Below, one piece after another: positions 29,915 through 40,386 of a stretch of DNA of 64,000 nt (position 1 is the stretch's first letter; each line of letters opens with the position of its first letter). This DNA is from an uncultured Clostridia bacterium (lineage in GTDB: Bacteria > Bacillota > Clostridia > TANB77 > CAG-508): contig CALXME010000001.1 of the NCBI GenBank assembly GCA_944389395.1, positions 480 through 64,479 of the forward strand, given 5' to 3'. Both the position numbers and the translations under genes were made by a program. Below the pieces are notes generated by a model. It ran no database searches. It was not told where the DNA came from and saw nothing but the letters and a program-made list of their open reading frames with translations.

Positions 29915-32284
29915 TTAAATAACTTCAAATTTTAGAGCATCTTTTGCTAAATCTATTTTTACTTTTTGTCCATCTGATAACTCACCTTTTAATATCATCT
30001 CTGACAATTCATCTTCTATATATCGTTGAATAGCTCGTCTTAAAGGTCTTGCACCAAATTTAATATCTGTTCCTTTTTCTAGAATGAAATCTTTTGCTTT
30101 TTTGGTAACATCCATTTGGATATCTTTTTCTTTTAAAGCAACTAAAGTATCTTTTAGCATTAAATCAACAATTTGTAATAATTGTTCTTTATTTAATGGG
30201 TCAAATGATACAATTTCATCAATTCTATTTAAAAATTCTGGTCTAAAAACATCTTTTAGTTTATCTAAGACTTTATTTTTATCTATAGTTTGACCTCCAA
30301 ATCCTATAGAGTTAGAGTTTAAATTAGAACCAGCATTTGAAGTCATGATAATAATGGTATTAGCAAAACTAACAGAATTTCCTTGACTATCTGTTAATCT
30401 TCCATCATCTAGAACTTGTAATAAAATATTAAATACATCTGGATGAGCTTTTTCAATTTCATCTAGCAAAATAATTGAATATGGTTTTCTTTTTACTTTC
30501 TCTGTTAATTGACCAGCATCATCATATCCAACATATCCTGGAGGTGCACCAATTAATTTAGAAGTAGAATGACTTTCCATATATTCAGACATATCAATAC
30601 GAATAATAGAATCTTCACTTCCAAACATTTCATAAGCTAAACTTTTTGCTAGTTCTGTTTTTCCTACACCAGTAGGTCCCACAAATATAAAAGAAGGCGG
30701 TCTTTTTGTACTTTTTAAACCTGCTCGATTTCTTCTAATAGCTCTTGCAACACTATTTACTGCTTCTTCTTGACCAATAATTCTTTTATGAAGATTAGTT
30801 TCTAAGTTTAATAATTTTAAAGTTTCAGCTTCTGTTATTTTTTTCACAGGAATTTTAGTCCAGCTTTCAATAACACTGGCAATGTCTTGTACGGTAAGTT
30901 GCTTTAGTTTCATCGTACTATTGATTTTGTCGATTTCTTCTATTAATTGACATTCTCTAGTCTTTAAATCTGCAGCTTTTTGATAATCTTCTGTGGAATC
31001 TGCAGCAATTACTTCTTCTTTTTCTGCTTGTACTTGTACTAATTCTTGTTTTAACATTTCTAATTTAAAAAGTTCTTTATTTTCAAGATTAATTCTAGAA
31101 CAAGCTTCATCTAGAATATCAATTGCTTTATCTGGTAAAAATCTATCATGAATATATTTTTCAGACATAATAACTGCTTGGCGAATTACATCAGAAGATA
31201 TTTTTACTTTATGATATTCTTCATAATATTTTTTGATACCCTCTAGAATTCCAATAGAATCTTCTGTAGATGGTTCTTCGACTAAAACTTGTTGGAATCT
31301 TCTTTCCAAAGCAGAGTCTTTTTCAATATATTTTCTATATTCTTTTAGAGTGGTTGTTCCAATTAATTGAATTTCACCATTAGAAAGTGCAGGTTTTAGG
31401 ATGTTTGCAGCATTCATAGAGTGTTCGCCATCTCCAGCACCAATAATATTATGGATTTCATCAATGACAAGAATAATATTTCCGTATTCTTTACATTCAT
31501 CAATGATTCCTTTCATACGTGACTCAAATTGACCTCTAAATTGTGTTCCTGCAATAATTGATGTCATATCTAATAAATATACTTCTTTATTTAATAGTTT
31601 TGCTGGGACATTTTGGTTTGCTATTTTAATAGCTAGTCCTTGTGCAATTGCAGTTTTTCCAACACCAGGTTCTCCAATTAAGCAAGGATTATTTTTAGAA
31701 CGTCTATTTAGAATTTGTATAATTCTTTGAATTTCTTTATCTCTACCAATTACCATGTCTAATTCATTGTTTTTTGCTTTATTGGTTAGATTAGTTCCAT
31801 AAGTATCTAAGAACTTTTTCTTTTTAGCCTGTTTTGTGTTTTTTTTCTTTTCTACTTTTACTTTTTTTCTACCGTTAGAATCATCTAGTTGTTCTTGATT
31901 TTTACTATTTATATTACCACCAAACATGTTAGAAAATAGAGAACCAAGTGGAATTGCTGCACCTGCAATTTTTGGTGTGTTTTCATCATCTGAATTATCA
32001 TTTTCTGTTGTATTAAATGTGATGGCACCTTCTATGTTTTCAATGTCTTCTAAATTGATATTTTCTGCTAAATCTTTGAAAATGGTTTCAAATTGTTTTG
32101 TCATATCATTTAGATTAACCTTGTCTTGTGATAGAATATTATTTTGTTTTGCTAAAACTTCTGTAGGATTAATTCCTTTGGCTTTGGCACAATCATAACA
32201 ATATCCTTCTAAGCTTTCTTTACCATTTTCTATTTTTTTATAAAAAAGTATTGCTGGATTTTTATTACATTCTGAACATAACAT
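29915..32284 (-). CDS. Clp/Hsp100 ATPase with N-terminal zinc ribbon (ClpE-type)
   Basis: N-terminal CSEC...CYDC. Two AAA modules (GEPGVGKTA, GPTGVGKTE), a UVR-like linker, and an LDEIEKAH Walker B. Confidence 0.85.
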   Translation of the reverse strand: MLCSECNKNPAILFYKKIENGKESLEGYCYDCAKAKGINPTEVLAKQNNILSQDKVNLNDMTKQFETIFKDLAENINLEDIENIEGAITFNTTENDNSDDENTPKIAGAAIPLGSLFSNMFGGNINSKNQEQLDDSNGRKKVKVEKKKNTKQAKKKKFLDTYGTNLTNKAKNNELDMVIGRDKEIQRIIQILNRRSKNNPCLIGEPGVGKTAIAQGLAIKIANQNVPAKLLNKEVYLLDMTSIIAGTQFRGQFESRMKGIIDECKEYGNIILVIDEIHNIIGAGDGEHSMNAANILKPALSNGEIQLIGTTTLKEYRKYIEKDSALERRFQQVLVEEPSTEDSIGILEGIKKYYEEYHKVKISSDVIRQAVIMSEKYIHDRFLPDKAIDILDEACSRINLENKELFKLEMLKQELVQVQAEKEEVIAADSTEDYQKAADLKTRECQLIEEIDKINSTMKLKQLTVQDIASVIESWTKIPVKKITEAETLKLLNLETNLHKRIIGQEEAVNSVARAIRRNRAGLKSTKRPPSFIFVGPTGVGKTELAKSLAYEMFGSEDSIIRIDMSEYMESHSTSKLIGAPPGYVGYDDAGQLTEKVKRKPYSIILLDEIEKAHPDVFNILLQVLDDGRLTDSQGNSVSFANTIIIMTSNAGSNLNSNSIGFGGQTIDKNKVLDKLKDVFRPEFLNRIDEIVSFDPLNKEQLLQIVDLMLKDTLVALKEKDIQMDVTKKAKDFILEKGTDIKFGARPLRRAIQRYIEDELSEMILKGELSDGQKVKIDLAKDALKFEVI

Positions 32285-32436
32285 ACTTTAAATTCCTCAT
32301 TTCTATCTAATTTTCCATACTATATATAATACCCTAAAATTGAGAAATAGTCAATAAATTTACTGATTTTAATATTGAAAAATATAGGATAAAATGCTAT
32401 AATTGATTTGTTGAAAACGAAAAAAAGAGGTTAAAG

Positions 32437-33294
32437 ATGAATATTATATTACCAAAAAAAGAAAAATTAGATAAAAAAGCAATTGTTTTATATATACTAT
32501 CAATTCTTATTTGTATTTTAGCTATTATTGTAGTTGTTTGTTCACAATATTTTGGAGCAGATAAACTAGACCAACTGATTGAAATAAATGCTAATAAAGG
32601 CACACAAGAAAATCTAGATGAAGAATTATTAATAGCAGGATTTGATGAATTATTTACTAACCAAGTAAATAATTATCAAACTAGTTCAAGTATAAAAAAA
32701 ATAGATGATACCAAAGACATTATTTATCCATATTATCAAAAACAAGAAAAAAAAGAAAATAATTACGATTTAGATATTTGTATTCCATTTTTTAATATAG
32801 ATAATGAGATTGTTAAGAGATATAATGAAGCAATTGAAGGCGATTTTGTAAAAAAAGCAGAAAATGTATTAGAATCCCAAAATAGTAATATTATATATAC
32901 AGTACAATATGTAGCAACAGTAGAAGATGATATCTTATCTTTAATGATACGTTCTAATTTGAAAGATGGTTCTAGTGCACAAAGAGTGATTATTCAAACA
33001 TATCATTTTGATTTAAAAAATAATAAAGAAGTTACACTAGAGGATTTATTGAAACGAAAAGGTATTTCAATAACAGATGTTGAAAATAAAGTGAAACAAC
33101 AAATTGCAACAGAGCAGAAAAGGGTAGAAGATTTAAAAGCTTTAGGTTATAATATTTTTGAAAGAAATGTAAAAGATGAAATGTACCTAGTAAAAAACAC
33201 AGAGCAATTTTTTATTAAAGATGGAAATATTTATTTAATTTATGCTTATGGAAATGAAGCTTTGACAAGTGAATTAGATTTAATTATTGTATAA
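32437..33294 (+). CDS. Membrane-anchored hypothetical protein
   Basis: One N-terminal TM segment followed by a soluble ~230-aa domain. No confident family assignment. Confidence 0.35.
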   Translation: MNIILPKKEKLDKKAIVLYILSILICILAIIVVVCSQYFGADKLDQLIEINANKGTQENLDEELLIAGFDELFTNQVNNYQTSSSIKKIDDTKDIIYPYYQKQEKKENNYDLDICIPFFNIDNEIVKRYNEAIEGDFVKKAENVLESQNSNIIYTVQYVATVEDDILSLMIRSNLKDGSSAQRVIIQTYHFDLKNNKEVTLEDLLKRKGISITDVENKVKQQIATEQKRVEDLKALGYNIFERNVKDEMYLVKNTEQFFIKDGNIYLIYAYGNEALTSELDLIIV

Positions 33295-33380
33295 TCTAGA
33301 AAGACAAATTGAAAAGACTTTATAATTTATATGTTTTTAACTTTACTTTTTGGATTTTTGTGAATTTATTCAAATATATA

Positions 33381-33412
33381 AAAAAACGGTTACTTTTTGG
33401 TAACCGTTTTTT
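33381..33412. terminator. Bidirectional terminator
   Basis: aaaaaacggttac-ttttt-ggtaaccgtttttt between convergent genes. Confidence 0.75.
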
Positions 33413-33527
33413 GAAAATAAAAGGGGATGTTTTTAAATTCAAATCAGTATTACTTAACTGATTATGAATGTATTATAATTAAGAAATTTGTCCATTTTGT
33501 GAACTACAAGTGAAAAGATGGAAAATG

Positions 33528-34796
33528 TTATGGTTGCTCACCAAGGGTAATAGTTAGCTCTTTTTCTTGTCCTTCACGATTTACTTTGACTTTCATTTCA
33601 TCACCTATTTTGTGACTATTTTTAATTTCATTTAATTCATCCATTGTAGTGATTTTTTTACCATCTGCTTCTATGATAACATCACCAATTTTAAATCCTG
33701 CTTTTTCAGCAGCAGAGAAATCTTCAATTGCTTTTACATATATTCCTTGTACTAAGTGATAAGTATTGGCTGTTTCTTCGTCTAAGTCCATTCCTGTAAT
33801 TCCGATATATGGTCTTTTTACTTTGCTGTATTGAATTAATTGAGAAGTAATATCTGTAGTTGAGTTAATCGGAATAGCAAATCCCATACCTTCAATACCT
33901 GTACCAGAAAGTTTTAAAGTATTAATACCAATAACTTTACCTTCACTATTTACTAAAGCACCTCCACTATTACCAGAATTGATAGCAGCATCAGTTTGGA
34001 TTAAAGTGAACTTTTTACCATCGCTATCAGTTACTTCTCTGTTAACAGCACTTATAACACCACAGGTAATACTACTTTGCATTCCAAGAGGATTTCCAAC
34101 AGCCATTGCAAATTCTCCTACTTTAATAGAATCAGAATCTGCAAATTCTGCTTTAGAAAGACCTGTTTTATCTATTTTGATAACAGCTAAATCTGTTTGT
34201 TCATCTTTTCCAATTATCTTAGCTTCATATTCTGTTTCATCATTAAATAAAGTAACTGTTACTTTGGTTGCTTCTGAAACTTCGTAATAAGATTCAGCAG
34301 AAGTAGTAGAAACAATATGATTATTAGTTAAAATATATCCATCATCACTAATAATAATTCCAGAACCACTTGCTGTTGCTGTACTTGTTTGTTGTTTATT
34401 ACTGAATAAGGAAAGTGGTGAATTTACCATATATTCTACTTTAATACCTACAATAGAAGGTAAGATTTTGTTTGCTGCATATACAGAAGTATCTGAATAG
34501 TTAGATAAAGAAGTTTGACTTACATATCCAGAAGATTCTGTGCTAGAAGAGTTTGAACTAGAAAAATTAGGATTACTAGAAGAAACTCCTAAAATATTTT
34601 CTCTGATAGAAGGAACACCAAAACAAGTTCCCATGACAACAGCACATCCTACAATCCCACTAAAAAATGGAAGTAAAACACTTTTACCAAATCCCGTTTT
34701 TGTTTTAGTTGAACTAACATCATATACTGTTTTATAACTATTAGGATTTTGTACTGTTTTAAAATTTTTTGTATTTGTTTCATTTTTTTCGTCCAT
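33528..34796 (-). CDS. htrA: HtrA/DegP-family serine protease with PDZ domain
   Basis: TNNHIV (His), DLAVIKI (Asp), GNSGGALVN (Ser), and a C-terminal PDZ (GDVIIEADGKKI). Confidence 0.9.
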   Translation of the reverse strand: MDEKNETNTKNFKTVQNPNSYKTVYDVSSTKTKTGFGKSVLLPFFSGIVGCAVVMGTCFGVPSIRENILGVSSSNPNFSSSNSSSTESSGYVSQTSLSNYSDTSVYAANKILPSIVGIKVEYMVNSPLSLFSNKQQTSTATASGSGIIISDDGYILTNNHIVSTTSAESYYEVSEATKVTVTLFNDETEYEAKIIGKDEQTDLAVIKIDKTGLSKAEFADSDSIKVGEFAMAVGNPLGMQSSITCGVISAVNREVTDSDGKKFTLIQTDAAINSGNSGGALVNSEGKVIGINTLKLSGTGIEGMGFAIPINSTTDITSQLIQYSKVKRPYIGITGMDLDEETANTYHLVQGIYVKAIEDFSAAEKAGFKIGDVIIEADGKKITTMDELNEIKNSHKIGDEMKVKVNREGQEKELTITLGEQP

Positions 34797-35031
34797 TGAA
34801 AAGACCTCCTAAATTTTTACTTTATTATATATTATCCTATTATGCTATAATCATACAATAGGTTTGTGAAATTTTTGTGAAAAAAAAGTTATTAATTAGT
34901 GACTGTACAAAAGTAAAAAAACATTATTGAGTAACAAAAAAATGTAATACTTGATGACAAATTATAACTTATGTATTGAAAATATTTTTTGTTACATATA
35001 TAATTAAGAAAAAAAGAATGAGGTAGAGAAA

Positions 35032-35565
35032 ATGTTGAAAAAAATAAAAAATCAAAATGGTGTTACTTTATTAATTTTAGTAGTTATGATTATTGTAATG
35101 TTAATTATTGCGGGAATTACAATATATAGCGGAACAGGAGCAATCAAAAGAGCTAGTTTAGAAAATCTAAAAACCAATTTATTGTTAATACAAGCTAAAA
35201 CAAAAGAATATGTTGAAGAAGTTTCTTTTAAAATGGGAACAAAGCCGGATGAAGCTAAAAGAACAGAAATCAGGAAAGAAGTTTATGAAACAGAAGGAAT
35301 GTTAGTAGCATTGTCTAATGCTAGTAGTGATGTTCAAAGTTCTGCCACCTCAATAGGACTTACTTCTAGTGATGTTTGTTATTATGTATCAAGAGATGCT
35401 TTAAATAATATGGGATTAAACCAAGTAACAGAAGGAGAAGGAGATTATTACTTAGTGACATTTGATGAAACAAATTTATCTGTTGAAGTTTATAATACTG
35501 AAGGTTATAATGATAATGGTACAACGAAATATTCTTTAACAGATATTGATACTATTGAATATTAG
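35032..35565 (+). CDS. Hypothetical protein with pilin-like hydrophobic N-terminus
   Basis: KNQNGVTLLILVVMIIVMLIIAGITIY resembles a prepilin leader but lacks the conserved Glu5. Confidence 0.35.
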   Translation: MLKKIKNQNGVTLLILVVMIIVMLIIAGITIYSGTGAIKRASLENLKTNLLLIQAKTKEYVEEVSFKMGTKPDEAKRTEIRKEVYETEGMLVALSNASSDVQSSATSIGLTSSDVCYYVSRDALNNMGLNQVTEGEGDYYLVTFDETNLSVEVYNTEGYNDNGTTKYSLTDIDTIEY

Positions 35566-35583
35566 GAAAAATAGGATGGAAAG

Positions 35584-36213
35584 ATGAAAGAAAAAGAAGA
35601 AGAAAGATTGATAAACTTAAAACAAATGGAAAAAGAACTTTATCAAAAGGGATTTCAAAGAATTGCAGGTATTGATGAAGCAGGAAGAGGACCTTTAGCT
35701 GGTCCTGTTGTAGTAGCAGGAGTTATTATGCCAAAAGATTCTATGATTGAAGGAGTAAATGATTCTAAAAAAGTATCAGAAAAAAAGAGAGAAAAATTAT
35801 ATGACCTTATTATAGAAGAAGCAATTAGTTATTCTGTTACTGTAATAGGACAAGATTGTATTGATGATATTAATATTTTAAATGCAACGAAACAGGGACT
35901 TACAACAGTAGTAGAGGAATTAGATGTAAAACCAGATTTGATTTTAGTAGATGCTTTAACACATATTGATACAAAAGGAATTCCTTATGATTCCATCATA
36001 AAAGGAGATGCCAAATGTTATAGTATTGCAGCTGCTTCTATTTTGGCAAAAGTAACAAGGGATAGAATTATGAGACAATGGGACGAAATTTATCCTCAAT
36101 ATGGTTTTGCAAAACATAAAGGCTATGGAACAGCAGCACATATTACAGCTATTAAGGAATATGGTTTATGTCCTATCCATAGAAAAAGTTTCACTAAAAA
36201 TTTTGTTTCATGA
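35584..36213 (+). CDS. rnhB: Ribonuclease HII
   Basis: IAGIDEAGRGPLAGPVV, DSKK.S...R, ASILAKV.RD and GYG motifs. Confidence 0.93.
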   Translation: MKEKEEERLINLKQMEKELYQKGFQRIAGIDEAGRGPLAGPVVVAGVIMPKDSMIEGVNDSKKVSEKKREKLYDLIIEEAISYSVTVIGQDCIDDINILNATKQGLTTVVEELDVKPDLILVDALTHIDTKGIPYDSIIKGDAKCYSIAAASILAKVTRDRIMRQWDEIYPQYGFAKHKGYGTAAHITAIKEYGLCPIHRKSFTKNFVS

Positions 36214-36237
36214 TTTTGATGAGGAGAAAAATAAAGA

Positions 36238-37543
36238 ATGGATATTTTAGAAATTATAGCTAAGAAAAGAGATAAGAAAGAATTAAAAAAAGAAGAAATT
36301 AATTTTTTTATAGAAAATTATACAAAAGGCGAAATTGCTGATTATCAGGCTGCTAGCCTAGTAATGGCAATTTTTATTAATGGTATGAATGCAAGAGAAA
36401 TTACAGATTTGACATTAGCAATGGCAAATTCAGGAGAAATTTTAGATTTAAGCAAATTAAATCATATTATTGTGGACAAACACTCTACTGGAGGTGTAGG
36501 TGATAAAGTTTCTTTAGTGTTACTTCCTTTAGTAGCATCTTTAGGTGTACCTGTTGCAAAAATGTCAGGAAGAGGACTTGGATTTACAGGAGGGACGATT
36601 GATAAATTAGAATCAATACCAGACTATCAAACTGATATAGGTACAGAACAGTTTTTGCAAAATGTAGAGAAAATAGGGATTAGTATGATTTCACAAACAA
36701 TGGATTTGGCACCAGCAGATAAGAAAATATATGCTTTAAGAGATAGTATAGCTTGTGTGGAAAGTATTCCATTAATTGCTTCTAGTATTATGAGTAAAAA
36801 AATAGCTAGCGGAGCAAAGAAGATTGTAATAGATGTTACTTGTCGGAAAAGGTGCTTTTATGAAAGACGAATCAGAAGCAAAAAAATTAGCAAATCAAAT
36901 GATTGAAATCGGAAAATTAGCGGATAGAGAAACAGTTTGTGTTTTGACTGATATGGACGAACCTTTGGGATATGCTGTTGGTAATATATTAGAAGTCATT
37001 GAAGCAGTTCAGATTTTAAAAGGAAAGGTAATTCCTGATGTAGAAGAAGTTGTCTTGGAGTTGGGAGCTTATATGTTGCAATTGGCAGGCAAAGGAAATG
37101 ATATAGACAAAAATAAGGAAAAATTAAAAGAGAATTTGCAAAATGGAAATGCATATCGAAAATTTTTAGAATTAGTAAAAAATCAAGGAGGAGATATTAC
37201 TTACTTAGAAAATTTAGAAAAATTTGAGAAGGCAAATGTGATAGAACCTGTATATAGTGAAATGACAGGATATATTTACGAAATAGATGCTAAAAAAGTA
37301 GGAGAATTAGCTTGTCATTTAGGAGCAGGAAGAATTCAAAAAGAAGATGTTATTGATACAAAAGTGGGAATTGTTTTAGTAAAAAAGGTGACAAATCTAG
37401 TGAAAAAAGGAGAAGTTTTGGCCTATATTCATGCTAAAGATAAAGAAAGTGCATCTTATGCTAAACAAAAATTAATAGATATTATAAAAGTTGGGGAAGA
37501 ATCTGTGCAAAATGTTTCTAAAATACTAGGAGTGATTAGGTAA
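36238..37543 (+). CDS. pdp: Pyrimidine-nucleoside phosphorylase, needs +1 at CGG 36844-36846
   Basis: ORF 36238..36906 (DKHSTGGVGDK, SGRGLGFTGGTIDKLESIPD) and ORF 36833..37543 (GKGAFMKDESEAKKLA...) form one protein. Skipping C36844 gives VIDVTC-G-KGAFMK, the conserved G.GAFM motif. Confidence 0.88.
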
Positions 37544-37566
37544 TAAGAATTTCCAGAAAAAAACGA

Positions 37567-37594
37567 TTGAAAAAATTTTTTAATATGCTATAAT
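37567..37594 (+). promoter_or_regulatory. Sigma-A type promoter with extended -10
   Basis: TTGAAA (37567-37572), 16-nt spacer, tgcTATAAT (37589-37594). Confidence 0.55.
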
Positions 37595-37610
37595 AATATT
37601 GTCTAAATAA

Positions 37611-37674
37611 AATTGGCATCCAAACCTGGAACCAATGCCAAAAAATTGGCATTCAAACCTGGAACCAATGCCAA
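37611..37674 (+). repeat. Two tandem near-identical hairpins (period 33 nt) in the leader of the small-ORF/cdaA operon
   Basis: aattggcatCcaaacctggaaccaatgccaa followed by aattggcatTcaaacctggaaccaatgccaa. Stem is TTGGCAT/ATGCCAA. Confidence 0.85.
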
Positions 37675-37696
37675 CTAAGAAAGGAATGATTTAGCA

Positions 37697-37840
37697 ATGA
37701 AAAGTAAAAAACAAGAAGAAGTAAAAAAACATAAAAACTTTGATAAAGGACAAATTTTTGTGAAAGCAATGGCTGGCTTTTTAGCAGTATTAATGCTACT
37801 TGCAACATGCGGAACATTAATATATGCATTATTGGGATAA
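37697..37840 (+). CDS. Small membrane protein (47 aa)
   Basis: Lys-rich N-terminus and one TM (FVKAMAGFLAVLMLLATCGTLIYALLG). Lies immediately upstream of cdaA. Confidence 0.45.
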   Translation: MKSKKQEEVKKHKNFDKGQIFVKAMAGFLAVLMLLATCGTLIYALLG

Positions 37841-37855
37841 GAATAGGAGAAATAA

Positions 37856-38794
37856 ATGATAATTAATTTAGGAATGAATTGGGAAAATTTTTATAGAGAT
37901 AATATTGTAGCATATATTAAATCTTTACAAGAGAATCCTTTGGAATTGGTAACTTTAATCATAGATTTAGCAATTGTTATATTTTTGTTATACTGCTTTT
38001 TTAAGGTAGTAAAAGGTTCTAGAGCATGGCAATTAATAAAAGGAATTGTCCTTTTAATTGTAGCGACATGGGTAAGTGGGCTATTTAATTTGAAAATACT
38101 AAATTGGATTTTAACAGGTATAATGAATCTAGGAGTTATTGCTATTATTGTTATTTTCCAACCAGAGCTACGAAGAGCTTTAGAGCAATTGGGAACGAAT
38201 AAATTAACTAAATTTTTTGGGATAGATAAAGATATATCTACAAAAACAAAAGAAGATATTTATAAAATAGTAATTGCAGCAACAGAACTTTCTAAGACAA
38301 AAACAGGGGCTTTAATTGTGATAGAAAGAGATATAAAGATTCAGGATATTATTGCAGGTGGAATACCAATGAATGCAGATGTTTCACCACAGTTATTAGT
38401 TAATATTTTTGAACCTAAAACTCCATTACATGATGGTGCTGTGGTGATTTCTGGGAATAAAATTGCAGCAGCAGCATGTGTACTTCCTTTAGCAGATGAT
38501 AAAGATATAGCAAAAGAATTGGGAACTAGACATAGAGCTGCAATCGGAATTTCAAAAGAATCTGATAGTATTGTCGTAGTTGTTTCTGAAGAAACGGGTA
38601 AGATTTCAGTTGCAAAAGATGGTACTTTAATTGCTGATGTAAGAGAAGATGTGTTGAAAAAAATACTAATTAGCAATGTTGTAACTAAAAGATTTGCAAC
38701 AGAAAAAAAGGAAAGAAATCAAAAAATCAGAGCAATACGTGAAAAACTAAAAAGGGAAAAGAAGAATGAGAAAAAAGAAGAGAATGAATCATAA
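37856..38794 (+). CDS. cdaA: Diadenylate cyclase CdaA (DisA_N domain, membrane-anchored)
   Basis: Three N-terminal TMs, then GALIVIERD, TPLHDGAVVI and GTRHRAAIGISEESD-like motifs. Confidence 0.92.
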   Translation: MIINLGMNWENFYRDNIVAYIKSLQENPLELVTLIIDLAIVIFLLYCFFKVVKGSRAWQLIKGIVLLIVATWVSGLFNLKILNWILTGIMNLGVIAIIVIFQPELRRALEQLGTNKLTKFFGIDKDISTKTKEDIYKIVIAATELSKTKTGALIVIERDIKIQDIIAGGIPMNADVSPQLLVNIFEPKTPLHDGAVVISGNKIAAAACVLPLADDKDIAKELGTRHRAAIGISKESDSIVVVVSEETGKISVAKDGTLIADVREDVLKKILISNVVTKRFATEKKERNQKIRAIREKLKREKKNEKKEENES

Positions 38795-38867
38795 AAAAGG
38801 TCGCTTAGGAGCGACTTTTCCTGATTTTATACTATTGATTTTCAAGTTATAGAGGAGTTGAAATGTA

Positions 38868-39603
38868 ATGAGAAATATAAAGTTGGTAATAGAATATGAT
38901 GGAAAAGATTTTAATGGTTGGCAAAAACAGCCTAATAAATTAAATATACAAGGAACCATAGAAAAAGCAATAGAAGTTGTTACAAAAGAACCAGTAGAAT
39001 TAATGGCATCAGGAAGAACAGATGCAGGGGTACATGCATTTCGGTCAGGTAGCTAATTTTAAAACAAATTCAAATATACCAATCGAAAAATTTGCAATAG
39101 CGATTAATTCAAATTTAAAAAGAGCAATTTTAATTAAATCAGCAGAAGAAGTAGAAGAAAAATTTCATAGTAGGCTTAGTTGTAAAAGAAAAACATATTG
39201 TTATGTTATTAATAACTCTGAAATGGGAACTGCTATTTTTCGAAATTTGGAAACTCATATTGCAGTGCCATTAGATGTTAAGAAAATGCAAGAAGCGGTT
39301 CAGTATTTTAAAGGAGAACATGATTTTAAAGCTTTTAAAGCGAGTGGTACAAGTAGTAAAAGTAGTGTTAGAACGATTTATGAAGCAGATGTAAAAAAAG
39401 AAGGGGATAAAATCTATATTTCTTTAACAGGTAATGGTTTTTTGTATAATATGGTAAGAATTATTGCAGGAACATTAGTGGAAGTGGGTTTAGGAAAAAT
39501 AAAGCCAGAGGAAATTCCAAATATTATTGATTCTAAAAATAGAGAAAATGCAGGAAAAACATTACCACCACAAGGACTGTATTTAGTGAAGGTGGAATAT
39601 TAA
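38868..39603 (+). CDS. truA: tRNA pseudouridine(38-40) synthase TruA, needs +1 at CGG 39042-39044
   Basis: ORF 38868..39056 (IEYDGKDFNGWQKQP...SGRTDAGVHAF) continues in ORF 39022..39603 (QVANFKT...FLYNMVRIIAGTL). Skipping C39042 gives RTDAGVHAF-G-QVANF, the conserved catalytic-Asp/GQV region. Confidence 0.9.
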
Positions 39604-39671
39604 TTATAATAATAGCAAAATGATGTTGGTATGCATAAAATATAGTAAGTTTAGTAAAAGGAGCAAGTATT

Positions 39672-40124
39672 ATGAATAATATTTTACTTATATTTTTTGC
39701 TATACCAATTTTGGTTATAGTAATATCTGTCGCATTACAAAAATTGCTAAAATGTCCTGGATTGGTAGCTGCTATTATATTTGCTATTTTCTTAGTGGTT
39801 ACATTTATTGTCGGAAATTTAATTTTTTTAGTTGCTACAATTATTTATGCTATTATTAGTTTTATTACTGCTATTATTGTTTGTTTAGTCGATAAATGGA
39901 GAGAGAGATGTAGACAAGGAAATAACTCTTGTTGTTGCAATTCTAATTTAGATACTATATTTACAGATGGAGATATAACAATAGCTAATAATTTGAATCA
40001 ATCTAATTGCGAATGTAGTAGTAATTCTAGTAATAGGGTAAATGCTAGAGTGAATGTAATTCCTAATCCTAATACAAATGGTAGAACAGGTTCTATTTGT
40101 GGAAACTATAGGAGAAGGTGTTAG
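39672..40124 (+). CDS. Hypothetical membrane protein with Cys/Asn-rich tail
   Basis: Two or three TM helices, then CRQGNNSCCCNSN...CECSSNSSN...CGNYRRRC. Confidence 0.4.
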   Translation: MNNILLIFFAIPILVIVISVALQKLLKCPGLVAAIIFAIFLVVTFIVGNLIFLVATIIYAIISFITAIIVCLVDKWRERCRQGNNSCCCNSNLDTIFTDGDITIANNLNQSNCECSSNSSNRVNARVNVIPNPNTNGRTGSICGNYRRRC

Positions 40125-40171
40125 TTAGAAAATGTAGTACATTTATTTTTGGATAAAAATAATCTTGGCAG

Positions 40172-40264
40172 AAAATATTGGTATATTAATATTACTTAGC
40201 AAAAGCAATATTGGGGTTTAACAAACCAGGTCTTGCTTGAAAAATATTAATATATCAATATTTT
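40172..40264. repeat. Hairpin repeat family, copy B (most divergent)
   Basis: aaaatattggtatattaatattacttagcaaaagcaatattggggtttaacaaaccaggtcttgcttgaaaaatattaatatatcaatatttt. Confidence 0.8.
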
Positions 40265-40386
40265 TAAGTTATAAGAAGTGAAAAAATATTAACAAGTAAC
40301 CAAAAGCTTTATTTTTGTAATTAGAAATATTGTAAATTTTACAATTCTGTGATAAGATAAAAAACATAAGAAAAAGGAGAAAAAGT

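Noticed and set aside
37611-37674. Possible CRISPR array (repeated 31-mers)
   Set aside because: There are only two units separated by 2-3 nt, with no spacers and no cas genes nearby. Tandem leader hairpins fit better.
1080-39603. The split ORFs (recombinase A, yabG, flippase, comEC, pdp, truA) as ordinary pseudogenes or random sequencing frameshifts
   Set aside because: All breaks are the same event: one extra C directly before a conserved Gly codon, creating an in-frame CGG. Both halves are otherwise intact with no further stops or decay, and essential-type genes (truA, pdp) are affected. Random indels or decay would not be this uniform or codon-phased. A systematic base-calling artefact is not fully excluded and is listed as the main refutation test.
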